From: Ignavibacteriota bacterium
GTDB taxonomy: Bacteria > Bacteroidota > Ignavibacteria > UBA10030 > UBA6906
Direction of reading: 5' to 3'
DNA length: 64,000 nt
Assembly: GCA_963801355.1 (NCBI GenBank)
Contig: CAWDEM010000004.1
Coordinates: forward strand, 736,001-800,000
Shown: positions 28,203-37,502 of the stretch, piece by piece
Position numbering within the stretch: position 1 is the first letter of the stretch
Layout of the letters: every line of letters starts with the position of its first letter
Notes under the pieces: generated by a model
The model's database searches: none
Told to the model about the DNA's origin: nothing
Seen by the model: only the letters and a program-made list of their open reading frames with translations
Made by a program: the position numbers and the translations under genes

Positions 28203-30959
28203 GTGACTCAGATTCGTGTGACTCATCGCCGATTGATCGGCCTCCTCGTGGGTTTCCTCGCTCTGCACTCCATGATGCCGGGTGCGTTCCTGAGGGATGT
28301 CCCTGTCACCGTGACACAGCCTGACAGTTCAATCCTGCACTGCTATGCCTCAGGCGATGAGTTCCACAACTGGCTGCACGATCGCGACGGGTTCACCATC
28401 ATACAGGATTCCCGGTCAGGCTATTTCATGTATGCCGTCAAACGGAACGGCGACATTCTTGCATCGGCAGCTCGCCCCGGTGTGGATGATCCCCGGACGG
28501 CAGGGCTCCCCGCCAACGTGAACCTCTCCCCGCAGGAAGTCAACGACCGTCGCGCCGCGTGGGAATCCTATGTGCCTCATGGGATTGCGCTTGCCCCGCG
28601 TACCGGGAGAATCAACAACGTGGTGATCTTCATCCGGTTCAGCGATGAGGAGGAGTTCACTGCCGCTCCTGCCGTGTACAGTGACATGTTCAATAACTCC
28701 AACGCAGGAGTCAATTCTCTCTATAACTACTTTCGTGAAGTATCGTACGGAACTCTGGAAGTGTCCTCGACTTTCTATCCTGTATCGCCAGGCCCCACAG
28801 TGCTGTCATACCAGGACACCGAACCACGGGCGTATTACATGCCATACAGCACGACCAACACCCTGGGCTACAGCGATGCACAGCGCAGCGCACGCGAACG
28901 GGCGTTGCTGGTGCGGGCTGTCGGGGCGGTCGCCCCGCAAATTCCCGCCGACCTCGGAATCGATGCCGACTACGACGGGTACGTGGACAATGTCTGCTTC
29001 ATCGTGAAGGGCTCTCCCACCGCCTGGTCGACACTTCTCTGGCCGCACATGTCGTCCATGGGATCCTCGGGACCGCTTCTTGCAGGCAAGAAAGTTGCGG
29101 GCTACAATCTGCAGATCGAATCAATGGCGCGGGTCGGTGTGTTCTGCCATGAAATGATGCACACCCTCGGCGCTCCGGATGCCTACCGGTATGCGTCCCC
29201 CGATGCGGTGACTCCCGTGGGAGGCTGGGATGTCATGGCGTCGACGTCGAATCCTCCGCAGCACCCGGGCGCGTATATCCGGTTCAGATACATGACATGG
29301 ATCGCACATCTTCCCCGCATCACGGCTTCGGGTCGGTATGCGCTGAGACCGGTGAGTTCATCAGTGATGAACTGCTATCGCATCGATTCGCCCAACCCCG
29401 GGGAGTTCTTCGTCCTGGAATACCGGAAGAGAACGTCGGTGTTTGAGAATTCAATCCCCGGGGAAGGCCTTATCGTGTACAGGATCGATAGTCTCGCGAG
29501 CGGCAATGCAAGCGGGCCTCCCGATGGGATCTATGTCTACAGGCCGGGAGGGAATCCGGGTCCGGCCGGACCTCAGAACGGCTCTCTGAACCTTGCTGCG
29601 TTGAGCAGCACATCGGGCCGCGTGGCAATGAACGATACGACCAATCCGGCCTGCTACCTTACCTCCGGAGCACTGGGAAATCTCGATGTCTCCGGTGTCG
29701 GCGCTCCGGGCGACAGCATGTACTTCACCGTCACCCTCCGCACACAGAGCCCGACGTGGGTCAGGATCTCTCCGCCGGTCACAAATGCGCTGAACGCCAT
29801 CAGCGGTGCAGGTAAACGCACCGCCTGGATAGCCGGCTCCAGCGTGGTCCTGCGTTCGACGGACGGCGGCACCTCATGGAACAGTCTTGTCGGTGCACCC
29901 AAGTCGGCTCTGTACGCGATTTCCGCGCTGGACAGCCTCACCTGCTGGACTATTGGATCATCAATGATTTACAGGACGGTTGATGGAGGAAGCAACTGGT
30001 CTTCGCTGGCGGTGACCCTGCCGTCCGGTGGCCGGCTGACCGGTTGTGCAATGGTGTCGCCGACGACCGGATGGGTTGTGGGATCAGGCGGTGTGGTCTA
30101 TCGGACCACGAATCGCGGTGACAGCTGGGCACTCGTTCCGCTCGGGCTTACAACGAAGCTCAATGCCGTGTTCTTCCTGAACCAGGCACGAGGATGGATT
30201 GCCGGTGATGCGGGCACGGTACTGCTGACATCGGACAGCGGTCGGACCTGGTCACAGCGGTCCGTGACCGACACGACGACTCTTCTTTCAGTTGCGTTTG
30301 TGGATACGGGGAGAGGCGTGGCGGTGGGACGGCTCGGCCGCATTTTCCAGACCACCGACGGCGGGACATCCTGGTCACTCCGGCCTGTGAATACGCGATC
30401 GCATCTCAACGGTGTGCATTTCGCCGGTCGTGACTCGGGGTGGGCGGTGGGCGAAAATGGCTCGATCATGAAAACCCTGGATGGCGGCATGCACTGGTCA
30501 GGTGATCTGAGCGGCACGATGGTGTCGCTTCGCGGACTCACCGTACTTGACGGTCACACCGCTCTGATTGTCGGCAACACCGGGACGATTCTCCGGTCGA
30601 CATTCTCGCCCACGACAGGTATTGAACCGCATCCCGCCGCCCTGCCGGTGCGTGCCCGCCTGGCACAAAACTATCCAAATCCATTCAATCCGAGTACGAC
30701 GATAGGCTACACAGTACCGGGAACCGGCGATAGGCACCAGGCAATAGGCCATGGGCAGGAGGCAACAGGTAAGAGGTGGGTGCGGCTCAGCGTATACGAT
30801 GTGCTCGGTCGCGAGGTGGCAGTGCTGGTTGATGAACCGGAGGATCCGGGGGAGTATCGGGTACGGTTTGACGGCAGTCTCCTCGCCAGCGGATTGTATT
30901 TCTATAGACTGGCTGTCGATGACGCGGCGGAGGCACGGGGAATGCTGCTTCTCAAATGA
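28203..30959 (+). CDS. M6 (immune inhibitor A-like) metalloprotease with YCF48-like beta-propeller and T9SS C-terminal domain
   Basis: QPD...GDEFHNW propeptide, NSLYNYFREVSYG, HEMMHTLG (HExxH), WDVMA Met-turn, repeated S/TxDGGxxW Asp-boxes, QNYPNPFNPSTTI...SGLYFYRL. Confidence 0.93.
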   Translation: MTQIRVTHRRLIGLLVGFLALHSMMPGAFLRDVPVTVTQPDSSILHCYASGDEFHNWLHDRDGFTIIQDSRSGYFMYAVKRNGDILASAARPGVDDPRTAGLPANVNLSPQEVNDRRAAWESYVPHGIALAPRTGRINNVVIFIRFSDEEEFTAAPAVYSDMFNNSNAGVNSLYNYFREVSYGTLEVSSTFYPVSPGPTVLSYQDTEPRAYYMPYSTTNTLGYSDAQRSARERALLVRAVGAVAPQIPADLGIDADYDGYVDNVCFIVKGSPTAWSTLLWPHMSSMGSSGPLLAGKKVAGYNLQIESMARVGVFCHEMMHTLGAPDAYRYASPDAVTPVGGWDVMASTSNPPQHPGAYIRFRYMTWIAHLPRITASGRYALRPVSSSVMNCYRIDSPNPGEFFVLEYRKRTSVFENSIPGEGLIVYRIDSLASGNASGPPDGIYVYRPGGNPGPAGPQNGSLNLAALSSTSGRVAMNDTTNPACYLTSGALGNLDVSGVGAPGDSMYFTVTLRTQSPTWVRISPPVTNALNAISGAGKRTAWIAGSSVVLRSTDGGTSWNSLVGAPKSALYAISALDSLTCWTIGSSMIYRTVDGGSNWSSLAVTLPSGGRLTGCAMVSPTTGWVVGSGGVVYRTTNRGDSWALVPLGLTTKLNAVFFLNQARGWIAGDAGTVLLTSDSGRTWSQRSVTDTTTLLSVAFVDTGRGVAVGRLGRIFQTTDGGTSWSLRPVNTRSHLNGVHFAGRDSGWAVGENGSIMKTLDGGMHWSGDLSGTMVSLRGLTVLDGHTALIVGNTGTILRSTFSPTTGIEPHPAALPVRARLAQNYPNPFNPSTTIGYTVPGTGDRHQAIGHGQEATGKRWVRLSVYDVLGREVAVLVDEPEDPGEYRVRFDGSLLASGLYFYRLAVDDAAEARGMLLLK
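30726..30774 (+). repeat. Degenerate 7-bp tandem repeat (GGCNNNA x7) inside the T9SS domain coding region
   Basis: GGCGATA GGCACCA GGCAATA GGCCATG GGCAGGA GGCAACA GGTAAGA read directly. Confidence 0.7.
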
Positions 30960-31033
30960 CAGCAGGGTGTGGCGCTGGCTGGGGAAGAGGGATATTCGTA
31001 TATTATAAAGATATCCCTTAACCAGCGGACAGC

Positions 31034-32641
31034 ATGGGCATCAACGAAGAAATTCAACGCCGGCGTACATTCGCGATCATTTCCCACCCTGACGCCGGCA
31101 AGACCACCCTCACCGAGAAATTTCTCCTCTATGGCAATGCCGTCCAGCTGGCGGGCTCCGTAACGGCCCGCAAGAAGCAGCGTGAGACGGCTTCAGACTG
31201 GATGGAACTCGAACGGAAGCGGGGCATTTCGATCAGCTCCACAGTGCTTCAGTTTGAGTACGACGGCTACCGTATCAATCTGCTTGATACGCCGGGCCAC
31301 CAGGATTTCTCCGAGGATACGTACCGGGTGCTTACCGCGGTCGACGCCGTCGTGATGGTGATCGATTCTGCGAAAGGTATTGAGACGCAGACCCGCAAGC
31401 TCTTTGAAGTATGCCGGAGGCGGCGAATACCGATCTTTACATTCATGAACAAGCTCGATCGGCCGACCAGGGATCCTCTGGAACTTCTTGACGAGCTTGA
31501 ACATGTGCTGGGCATCGGGGCGTTTCCGATGAACTGGCCACTGGGGACGGGATTCCAATTCCGCGGTGTGTTCGACAGGCTTTCGAAGGAAGTACATCTT
31601 TTCGAATTCGGTGCGGGCGGTGCTTACCGGGTGCCTGTAGAGATCGGCTCGCTGGCGGATCCCGTCATCGCGGAGCGCATGGATGCCGATGAGCGGAAGT
31701 CGCTGGCGGAAGAGATGGAGATGCTGGACCAGGCAGGAGCCAAGTTCAGTCCTGCTGACGTGCTCGCCGGCCGCATCACACCGGTGTTCTTTGGCAGCGC
31801 GCGGAACAATTTCGGCGTGCAACTGCTGCTTGACGGTTTTCTGAAGTATGCCGAATCGCCGCGGCCGCGCCTAAGCAACGGTGTCGTGATTCCGGTCAAC
31901 AAGAATGTCTTCTCGGGCTTCATCTTCAAGATTCAGGCAAACATGGATCCGCGCCACAGGGACCGGATCGCGTTCCTGCGTGTCTGTTCCGGCGTTTTTT
32001 CGCGGGACATGACGGCGATACATCCGCGGAGCGGAAAGACCATCAGGCTTTCCAATGCCGCCAAGTTGTTCGGACGCGATCGTGAAACTGTCGATGAAGC
32101 ATACCCCGGGGACATCGTCGGGTTCGTGGGCCAATCGCTCCTGGGCATAGGCGACACACTCACGGAAGATCCGGGGATTGTGTACGATGAAATACCACGG
32201 TTCCCTCCTGAGTGCTTTTCGCTGCTGAGCAATCCCAATCCGTCAAAGTTCAAACGGTTCCGGGAGGGGGTTGACCAGCTGCTCCGCGAAGGCGTGGTGC
32301 AGGGATTTCAACCTCGCAATTCGTCGACGCAGATTCCGATCCTCGCAGCTGTCGGTCCCCTGCAATTTGAAGTGTTCCAGTACCGTCTGGAGAGCGAGTA
32401 CGGGGCGGAGGTGCGGCTCGAACAGACCGAGTGGAAATTTGTCCGTTGGGTGCATCCGTCCGTGGATGTGCAACTTCTCACGCCGGAAGTGCTGCCGACC
32501 GGTGCGATCCTGGCCAATGACGCTCAGGGGCAACCGGTAATTCTCTTTCCGGGGGAGTGGGCACTGCATCTCTTCGTTCAAAAGAACCCTACGGTACTCC
32601 TCGGGTTGCTTCCGTTTGAAAATGGGGTGGGAAATGAGTAA
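31034..32641 (+). CDS. prfC: Peptide chain release factor 3
   Basis: RRRTFAIISHPDAGKTTLTEK, SDWMELERKRGISI, DTPGHQDFSEDTYR, NKLDR, FKIQANMDPRHRDRIAF, AVGPLQFEV. Confidence 0.98.
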   Translation: MGINEEIQRRRTFAIISHPDAGKTTLTEKFLLYGNAVQLAGSVTARKKQRETASDWMELERKRGISISSTVLQFEYDGYRINLLDTPGHQDFSEDTYRVLTAVDAVVMVIDSAKGIETQTRKLFEVCRRRRIPIFTFMNKLDRPTRDPLELLDELEHVLGIGAFPMNWPLGTGFQFRGVFDRLSKEVHLFEFGAGGAYRVPVEIGSLADPVIAERMDADERKSLAEEMEMLDQAGAKFSPADVLAGRITPVFFGSARNNFGVQLLLDGFLKYAESPRPRLSNGVVIPVNKNVFSGFIFKIQANMDPRHRDRIAFLRVCSGVFSRDMTAIHPRSGKTIRLSNAAKLFGRDRETVDEAYPGDIVGFVGQSLLGIGDTLTEDPGIVYDEIPRFPPECFSLLSNPNPSKFKRFREGVDQLLREGVVQGFQPRNSSTQIPILAAVGPLQFEVFQYRLESEYGAEVRLEQTEWKFVRWVHPSVDVQLLTPEVLPTGAILANDAQGQPVILFPGEWALHLFVQKNPTVLLGLLPFENGVGNE

Positions 32642-32750
32642 ATTCGTACATTCTGCATCAACGTGTGCATCGAGATAGGGCCGCACACTGCTTCAGGCTG
32701 CATGCCGCTGTAGAGTTCGAGGGCGATAACCTCACGAAACCGTGAACCCA

Positions 32751-32771
32751 TTGAGACGGACACTGTCTCAA
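32751..32771 (+). promoter_or_regulatory. Palindrome TTGAGAC-N7-GTCTCAA (operator or leader hairpin) upstream of the CYTH/DASS/porin locus
   Basis: Perfect 7-bp inverted repeat, extendable with CCCA/TGGG and GTGA/TCAC, ending 33 nt before ATG 32804. Confidence 0.45.
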
Positions 32772-32803
32772 ACGTGGGGATCACTGTATTCAGGGAGACC
32801 AGA

Positions 32804-33385
32804 ATGGACAAGATCGTGGCTCGCTGGGAATGGCGGACATTCGGCAATGCGTTCGGCGTCGCCGAAGAGAAAATCACAACGTATCCCGCTAAAGTCCGGG
32901 AAAGTGCAGAGGTGTACATCCTCTCGACCCGCAGCATGGACAACACGAAGATCCGTGACATGCTCATGGACATCAAGTATCTCGTGCAGGTGAACGAGAA
33001 CAGGCTCGAGCAGTGGTACCCCCTGATGAAGGCGGGTTTTCCGATACAGCCTGATCAGGTGCGTGAGACGGTGAAAGCCTGGAAGGTGGAGGTGCCCCCA
33101 TCGGCGATTATGCTATACAGCTACGACGATTTCCTGAATGTCCTTGTGCGGAAGCATCCCGATCTCAAGATGGTGCACGTGGACAAGGAGCGCCACGGTT
33201 ACACGATCAACAACTGCATTGTGGAGATCGCCAACCTGAAATTCGACAACCAGCCGATCCGTACGATCGCGGTTGAACACGAGGACCCCAAACTCGTGTG
33301 GGAGACGGTGTGCATGCTGGGGTTGGACAAGTTCGAGAATATCAACTATCTCAAAGCGCTGAAGAAATTCGCCGCGATTCCCTAA
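32804..33385 (+). CDS. Divergent CYTH/triphosphate-tunnel-fold-like protein
   Basis: WEWRTF, TKIR, DIK, LEQW, KERH, VEIA, IAVE, NINY fall in the same order as CYTH motifs ExExK, RxR, TxK, ExE, KxR, EID, ExE; GGGAG RBS. Confidence 0.6.
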   Translation: MDKIVARWEWRTFGNAFGVAEEKITTYPAKVRESAEVYILSTRSMDNTKIRDMLMDIKYLVQVNENRLEQWYPLMKAGFPIQPDQVRETVKAWKVEVPPSAIMLYSYDDFLNVLVRKHPDLKMVHVDKERHGYTINNCIVEIANLKFDNQPIRTIAVEHEDPKLVWETVCMLGLDKFENINYLKALKKFAAIP

Positions 33386-33411
33386 ACCGCATGTCAGGAG
33401 GCATCAGCACT

Positions 33412-33882
33412 ATGGCCAAAGAAATTGAACGCAAGTTTCTTGTCATCGGGGAGGAATGGAAACGCGGGACCTCCGGCGTCTCCTACCGGCAGGGCTACCT
33501 CTCCACTGTGAAAGAACGGACGGTTCGTGTGCGCACCGTCGGGGACAAAGGATTCCTGACAATCAAAGGTGTCACGGTGGGTGTGAGTAGGAGCGAATTT
33601 GAATACCCGATTCCGACGGCCGACGCAAATGCGATGTTGGACGACCTGTGTGAACGTCCGCTGATCGAGAAGACACGCTACAAGGTCCAGCACGCGGGTC
33701 TCACCTGGGAAATCGACGAGTTTTTTGGCGAGAACCGGGGACTGATCGTTGCGGAGGTTGAGCTGAAGGATGAACAGCAGACATTTGACCTTCCCTCCTG
33801 GGTTGGCAAGGAGGTGTCAGGAGACCCCCGGTATTTCAACTCCAATCTGATTAAGACGCCCTACACGCAATGGAAGCGGTAA
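33412..33882 (+). CDS. CYTH-domain triphosphate tunnel metalloenzyme (inorganic tripolyphosphatase-like)
   Basis: EIERKFLV, RQGYL, TVRVR, LTIKG, RSEFEY, IEKTRY, WEIDEF, AEVEL, YFNSNL; AGGAGG upstream. Confidence 0.95.
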   Translation: MAKEIERKFLVIGEEWKRGTSGVSYRQGYLSTVKERTVRVRTVGDKGFLTIKGVTVGVSRSEFEYPIPTADANAMLDDLCERPLIEKTRYKVQHAGLTWEIDEFFGENRGLIVAEVELKDEQQTFDLPSWVGKEVSGDPRYFNSNLIKTPYTQWKR

Positions 33883-35402
33883 CGAGCGACGAGCTCGACG
33901 ACATCCTTGACCTTGAGAAGCACAAGCTCGCGGTCATTCCGCAGAAGCAGGTAACGCGCTTCGAACGCCGGATGAAGTATTTCAGCATCCCGTTCGGGTT
34001 CCTGGTCTTCGGATGGCTCTATTTCATGCCCACGCCGGCCGGGTTGACTGCATCGGGCCAGGCCGTGCTCGCAAGTTTCTCGCTCGCGTTGATACTCTGG
34101 ATCTCCGAAGCCATCCCCACCCACGTCACCTCCCTCGTCCTGATGGTGTTTCTCGTGTTCCTCAACGGATGGGACATGAGCAACGTGCTGGGCACGCTCG
34201 GGTATGACGTGATCTGGCTGAACGTCATGGCGTTCATCCTGAGCTCGCTGCTTGTGAAGACCCAGCTGGCCAAACGCATCGCACTGAACCTTATCGTGCG
34301 GTTCGGCCGCCGCGGGATGCCGATGCTCTTTGCCTTCGTGATCCTGCAGTTGATTCTCGCTCCGCTGATTCCCGCCACCGCCCCGCGCGCGGTCATGACG
34401 TTGCCCATCATGTTGATTGTCGGCGCGATCTATGGTTCGACAAGCGAAAGACCCAACAGCTTCGGTAAGAATCTCCTCCTGCAGAACCTTGTCGGCATCA
34501 ATGTGGCCTCCTCTGGATTCATGACCGGAAGCACGGCGAATATCATTGCGATTGGCTTCATCTATGATCTTGCCGGCACAAAGGTGTACTACTCCGACTG
34601 GATGCTGGCCAATCTTCCGGTTGTCCTGCTGCTCCTCCTCGCGACATGGTACCTGGGGCCGAAATTGTTGATACGGCTGAAGCCGGAGGAGGCCACTCCG
34701 CGCATTGCGGGAGGGCTTGACGCGTTGAAACGGCAACTGGAACGTATGGGCAAGATCACACGGGTGGAGCTGAAGGGCGCGGCAATCTTCGGCATCGTGA
34801 TCCTTCTCTGGCTCACCGACCGGTTCCACCGGAGCATGTTCGGCTTCGAAATCGATCCTGTCATGGCGGCGATGGTGGGCGGAATCATCGCCCTGCTGCC
34901 GAAGGTCGGCATCCTGAAGTGGAACGAGGCGGATATCCCGTGGCATCTTATGCTGTTCAGTGCCGGGGCGTATGCCGGGGGACTGGCGCTCAACGATTCC
35001 GGTGCGGCGCAGTGGGTGATCGGACAGGTGTTCCAACTCATCCACTTCAGCCGCGACGTGCAGTTCTGGCAGGTGTATGTCATCGTCGTCGCACTCATGC
35101 TCTATTCGCATCTGGTGTTTACAAGCAAAACGATGCGCACCATCATTCTCATTCCGTTTATTATCGGGCTTGCACGGGAGCTGGGCTTCGAACCGCTCGC
35201 TCTCGCGCTGCCGGCGGCATTCACTATCGACTGGGTCATCGGCCTCCCGATCAGCGCGAAGCCGAACGTCATTCTGTTCACTACGGGACAATATTCCGTG
35301 CTCGAGAATCTCCGGTACGGCGTGATTGTGTCAACGATCGGCCTTGTTCTCCTGGTGGTGGCCGGGTTCACGTGGTTCCGTTTTCTTGGTATTACCCCTT
35401 AG
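33870..35402 (+). CDS. DASS/SLC13-family sodium-coupled anion symporter
   Basis: LWISEAIP, LAKRIAL, PLIPATAPRA, MTGSTANII, IPWHLMLF, LPISAKPNVI; highly hydrophobic; 13-nt overlap with CYTH gene. Confidence 0.92.
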   Translation: MEAVTSDELDDILDLEKHKLAVIPQKQVTRFERRMKYFSIPFGFLVFGWLYFMPTPAGLTASGQAVLASFSLALILWISEAIPTHVTSLVLMVFLVFLNGWDMSNVLGTLGYDVIWLNVMAFILSSLLVKTQLAKRIALNLIVRFGRRGMPMLFAFVILQLILAPLIPATAPRAVMTLPIMLIVGAIYGSTSERPNSFGKNLLLQNLVGINVASSGFMTGSTANIIAIGFIYDLAGTKVYYSDWMLANLPVVLLLLLATWYLGPKLLIRLKPEEATPRIAGGLDALKRQLERMGKITRVELKGAAIFGIVILLWLTDRFHRSMFGFEIDPVMAAMVGGIIALLPKVGILKWNEADIPWHLMLFSAGAYAGGLALNDSGAAQWVIGQVFQLIHFSRDVQFWQVYVIVVALMLYSHLVFTSKTMRTIILIPFIIGLARELGFEPLALALPAAFTIDWVIGLPISAKPNVILFTTGQYSVLENLRYGVIVSTIGLVLLVVAGFTWFRFLGITP

Positions 35403-35419
35403 GTCCCGGGAATAGGAAA

Positions 35420-36199
35420 ATGCGTACTCTGCTCATCTGCATGGCGTTGCTTCTTTCGGCAGTCTCCCCGCTGACCGGGGCTGTCCGGGAAGTACCGTTG
35501 TCATTGTACGCCGAAACCGTTTCTCTTGCATCTGACGGCGGCGCGGAAATCACCGTGCGCACCATCGCCCGGGGGCTATCCGGGGGAGACACGATCGTGG
35601 TTCCGTACGCGTACGCAGGGTGGCCTGACTCCGTCGTGTACGGCGAGAACGTGCGGCAGTTGTTTGCGCAAACCGTGCAGGGACAGCGCAGGACGTTTCT
35701 TGCCCTCAGCGGGACAGTCACCGGGGAGGATACTCTGGAGTACAGGTTCCGGCTCGCTCAGGTGACATCGTTTGCCAAGGCGTCGACGGAGGACTTCGGG
35801 GTCTATGTCGTCTCGTACAGGCTGGTGCAGACCTCAATCGCACCCATTACAGCGGCGTCGGTTTGCGTGGTGTTGCCGGAGGAGATGGTGGTCAACAAAG
35901 TCGTCTCGAGTCTCCCGGTGCGGAAAGCCAACACGCCCGGGTCGCCCTACATTCTTGGCATGAAAGACGGCCGCCATTGCGTGACGCTGACAGATTCCAC
36001 CGTGCAACAAGGAGACGTTCTGTCGCTGGTGTTCCAGGCGAAGGCGGCCGCCAAATCCCCATGGCTGATCCTGGGACTGGTGCTGTGTGCCGCCGCATAT
36101 CTTATTGCGTTCCGTGACCTGCTGAAATCACCGGAAACGGTTGGGAGTATTCCAGGCAAGAACATTCATTCATCATCTTACAAGGAGCAAGGACAATGA
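35420..36199 (+). CDS. Hypothetical exported beta-rich protein with C-terminal membrane anchor
   Basis: ATG 35420 after AGGA; signal peptide MRTLLICMALLLSAVSPLTGA; C-terminal PWLILGLVLCAAAYLIAF; ATGA overlap with porin. Confidence 0.75.
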   Translation: MRTLLICMALLLSAVSPLTGAVREVPLSLYAETVSLASDGGAEITVRTIARGLSGGDTIVVPYAYAGWPDSVVYGENVRQLFAQTVQGQRRTFLALSGTVTGEDTLEYRFRLAQVTSFAKASTEDFGVYVVSYRLVQTSIAPITAASVCVVLPEEMVVNKVVSSLPVRKANTPGSPYILGMKDGRHCVTLTDSTVQQGDVLSLVFQAKAAAKSPWLILGLVLCAAAYLIAFRDLLKSPETVGSIPGKNIHSSSYKEQGQ

Positions 36200-37449
36200 A
36201 AAAAGCCGCAGGAGTTTTGTGTGCACTGTTGATGCTGCTCCCGTGCGTGTCGTCTGCGCAGTCGGAGGGCGGCGCAGATGAGGGGTCGCGGGTGCCGCTG
36301 GGTGTCGAGCAGCGAGCGGGAAAGCTGGTATTCGAGTCGCAAGACGGCGCCTTCAAGTGGTGGATCGACTCGCGCATCCAGGTTGACGGTGCCATGTATT
36401 TTGAAAACAAGAATCCCTTGAGCAACGGGACCATCATGCGCCGTGCGACGTTGGCCTTGAAGACGGTGCTCTGGACAAACTGGCAGGCGGAAATCGATAT
36501 GGATTTCGGCGATGCCGTCCTGGACGCAAGAGACATCTGGATACGGTATAGTTTTCCCAAGACGAATCTCGCCTTGCAGGTCGGGAATTTCAAAGAGCCA
36601 TTTGGTCTGGAACGGCTCGGCAGCTCCCGCCTGCTGACATTTCTGGAGCGTTCAACGCCTACCAACGCGTTCACGCTCGGCCGGCGCATGGGGCTGGCGG
36701 GGCGTTACTGGACCGACTTCGGCCAGTTGACGCTGGCCGTGATGGGGCATGAGCTTGGCACGCGGGTTGACAAGGGGACGCTGGATGAAGGGGTCGAGGC
36801 GGTGGCGCGTGTGACCTTCGCGCCGATCAATGAGAAGGGGAAGACGCTGCACATCGGCGGGGCATACGCCTCGAAGACACCGGACGTCACGCCCGACCTC
36901 GCCCCAAATACCATCGAACTGAAAGCCCGGACCGAGACCTACGTGTTCGATCCCAAGCCCCTGCACTCCGGCGACATCACAGACGTGAACTACTACGACC
37001 GGATGGGCGGCGAGCTGGCCGCTGCCTGCGGTCCGCTCTATGTCCAGGGCGAGGTGTTCACAACGGCAGTGCACCGCTGGTACGAGAAACCAACCGGCAA
37101 CTTCATGGGAGGATACCTGACAGCCAGCTACATGCTCACCGGCGAATCCCGTAGCTACTTCGTCGATGAGGGGGAATTCGGCCCGATCGACCCGCCGGGC
37201 AGCGAGTGGGGCGCACTGGAAGTTGCCGCCCGGTTCAGCCATGCCAATCTCAATGATCATGATGCCGGCATCGGGGGGGGCAAGTGCAACCAGGTGATGC
37301 TCGGGGTCAACTGGTATCCCAATGTGAATATCAAGATTATGCTGAATTTCTCGAACGTGAACCTGGACGAGAACGCCACCAGCAAGGGCCGGATGATAGG
37401 AGGAGACAACTTCTCGTTCCTCCAGATGCGGTTCCAGGCGTCGATGTAA
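36196..37449 (+). CDS. Phosphate-selective porin, OprO/OprP family
   Basis: Signal peptide; SRIQVD, MRRATL, GNFKEPFGLERLGSSRLLTFLERS, GRRMG, YMLTGESRSY, WGALEVAARFS, GVNWYPN, MRFQ. Confidence 0.92.
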   Translation: MKKAAGVLCALLMLLPCVSSAQSEGGADEGSRVPLGVEQRAGKLVFESQDGAFKWWIDSRIQVDGAMYFENKNPLSNGTIMRRATLALKTVLWTNWQAEIDMDFGDAVLDARDIWIRYSFPKTNLALQVGNFKEPFGLERLGSSRLLTFLERSTPTNAFTLGRRMGLAGRYWTDFGQLTLAVMGHELGTRVDKGTLDEGVEAVARVTFAPINEKGKTLHIGGAYASKTPDVTPDLAPNTIELKARTETYVFDPKPLHSGDITDVNYYDRMGGELAAACGPLYVQGEVFTTAVHRWYEKPTGNFMGGYLTASYMLTGESRSYFVDEGEFGPIDPPGSEWGALEVAARFSHANLNDHDAGIGGGKCNQVMLGVNWYPNVNIKIMLNFSNVNLDENATSKGRMIGGDNFSFLQMRFQASM

Positions 37450-37502
37450 TCAGTCCCATGGCTTTGAACACAGATTTGTCATATCTTTCATGAGGTCTCA
37501 AT

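Noticed and set aside
32642-32803. Pho box upstream of the phosphate-type locus
   Set aside because: No convincing 11-bp-spaced CTGTCAT-like direct repeats found by eye.
33861-35291. 476-aa minus-strand ORF opposite the DASS gene
   Set aside because: Antisense shadow of a GC-rich hydrophobic gene; no motifs and atypical composition.
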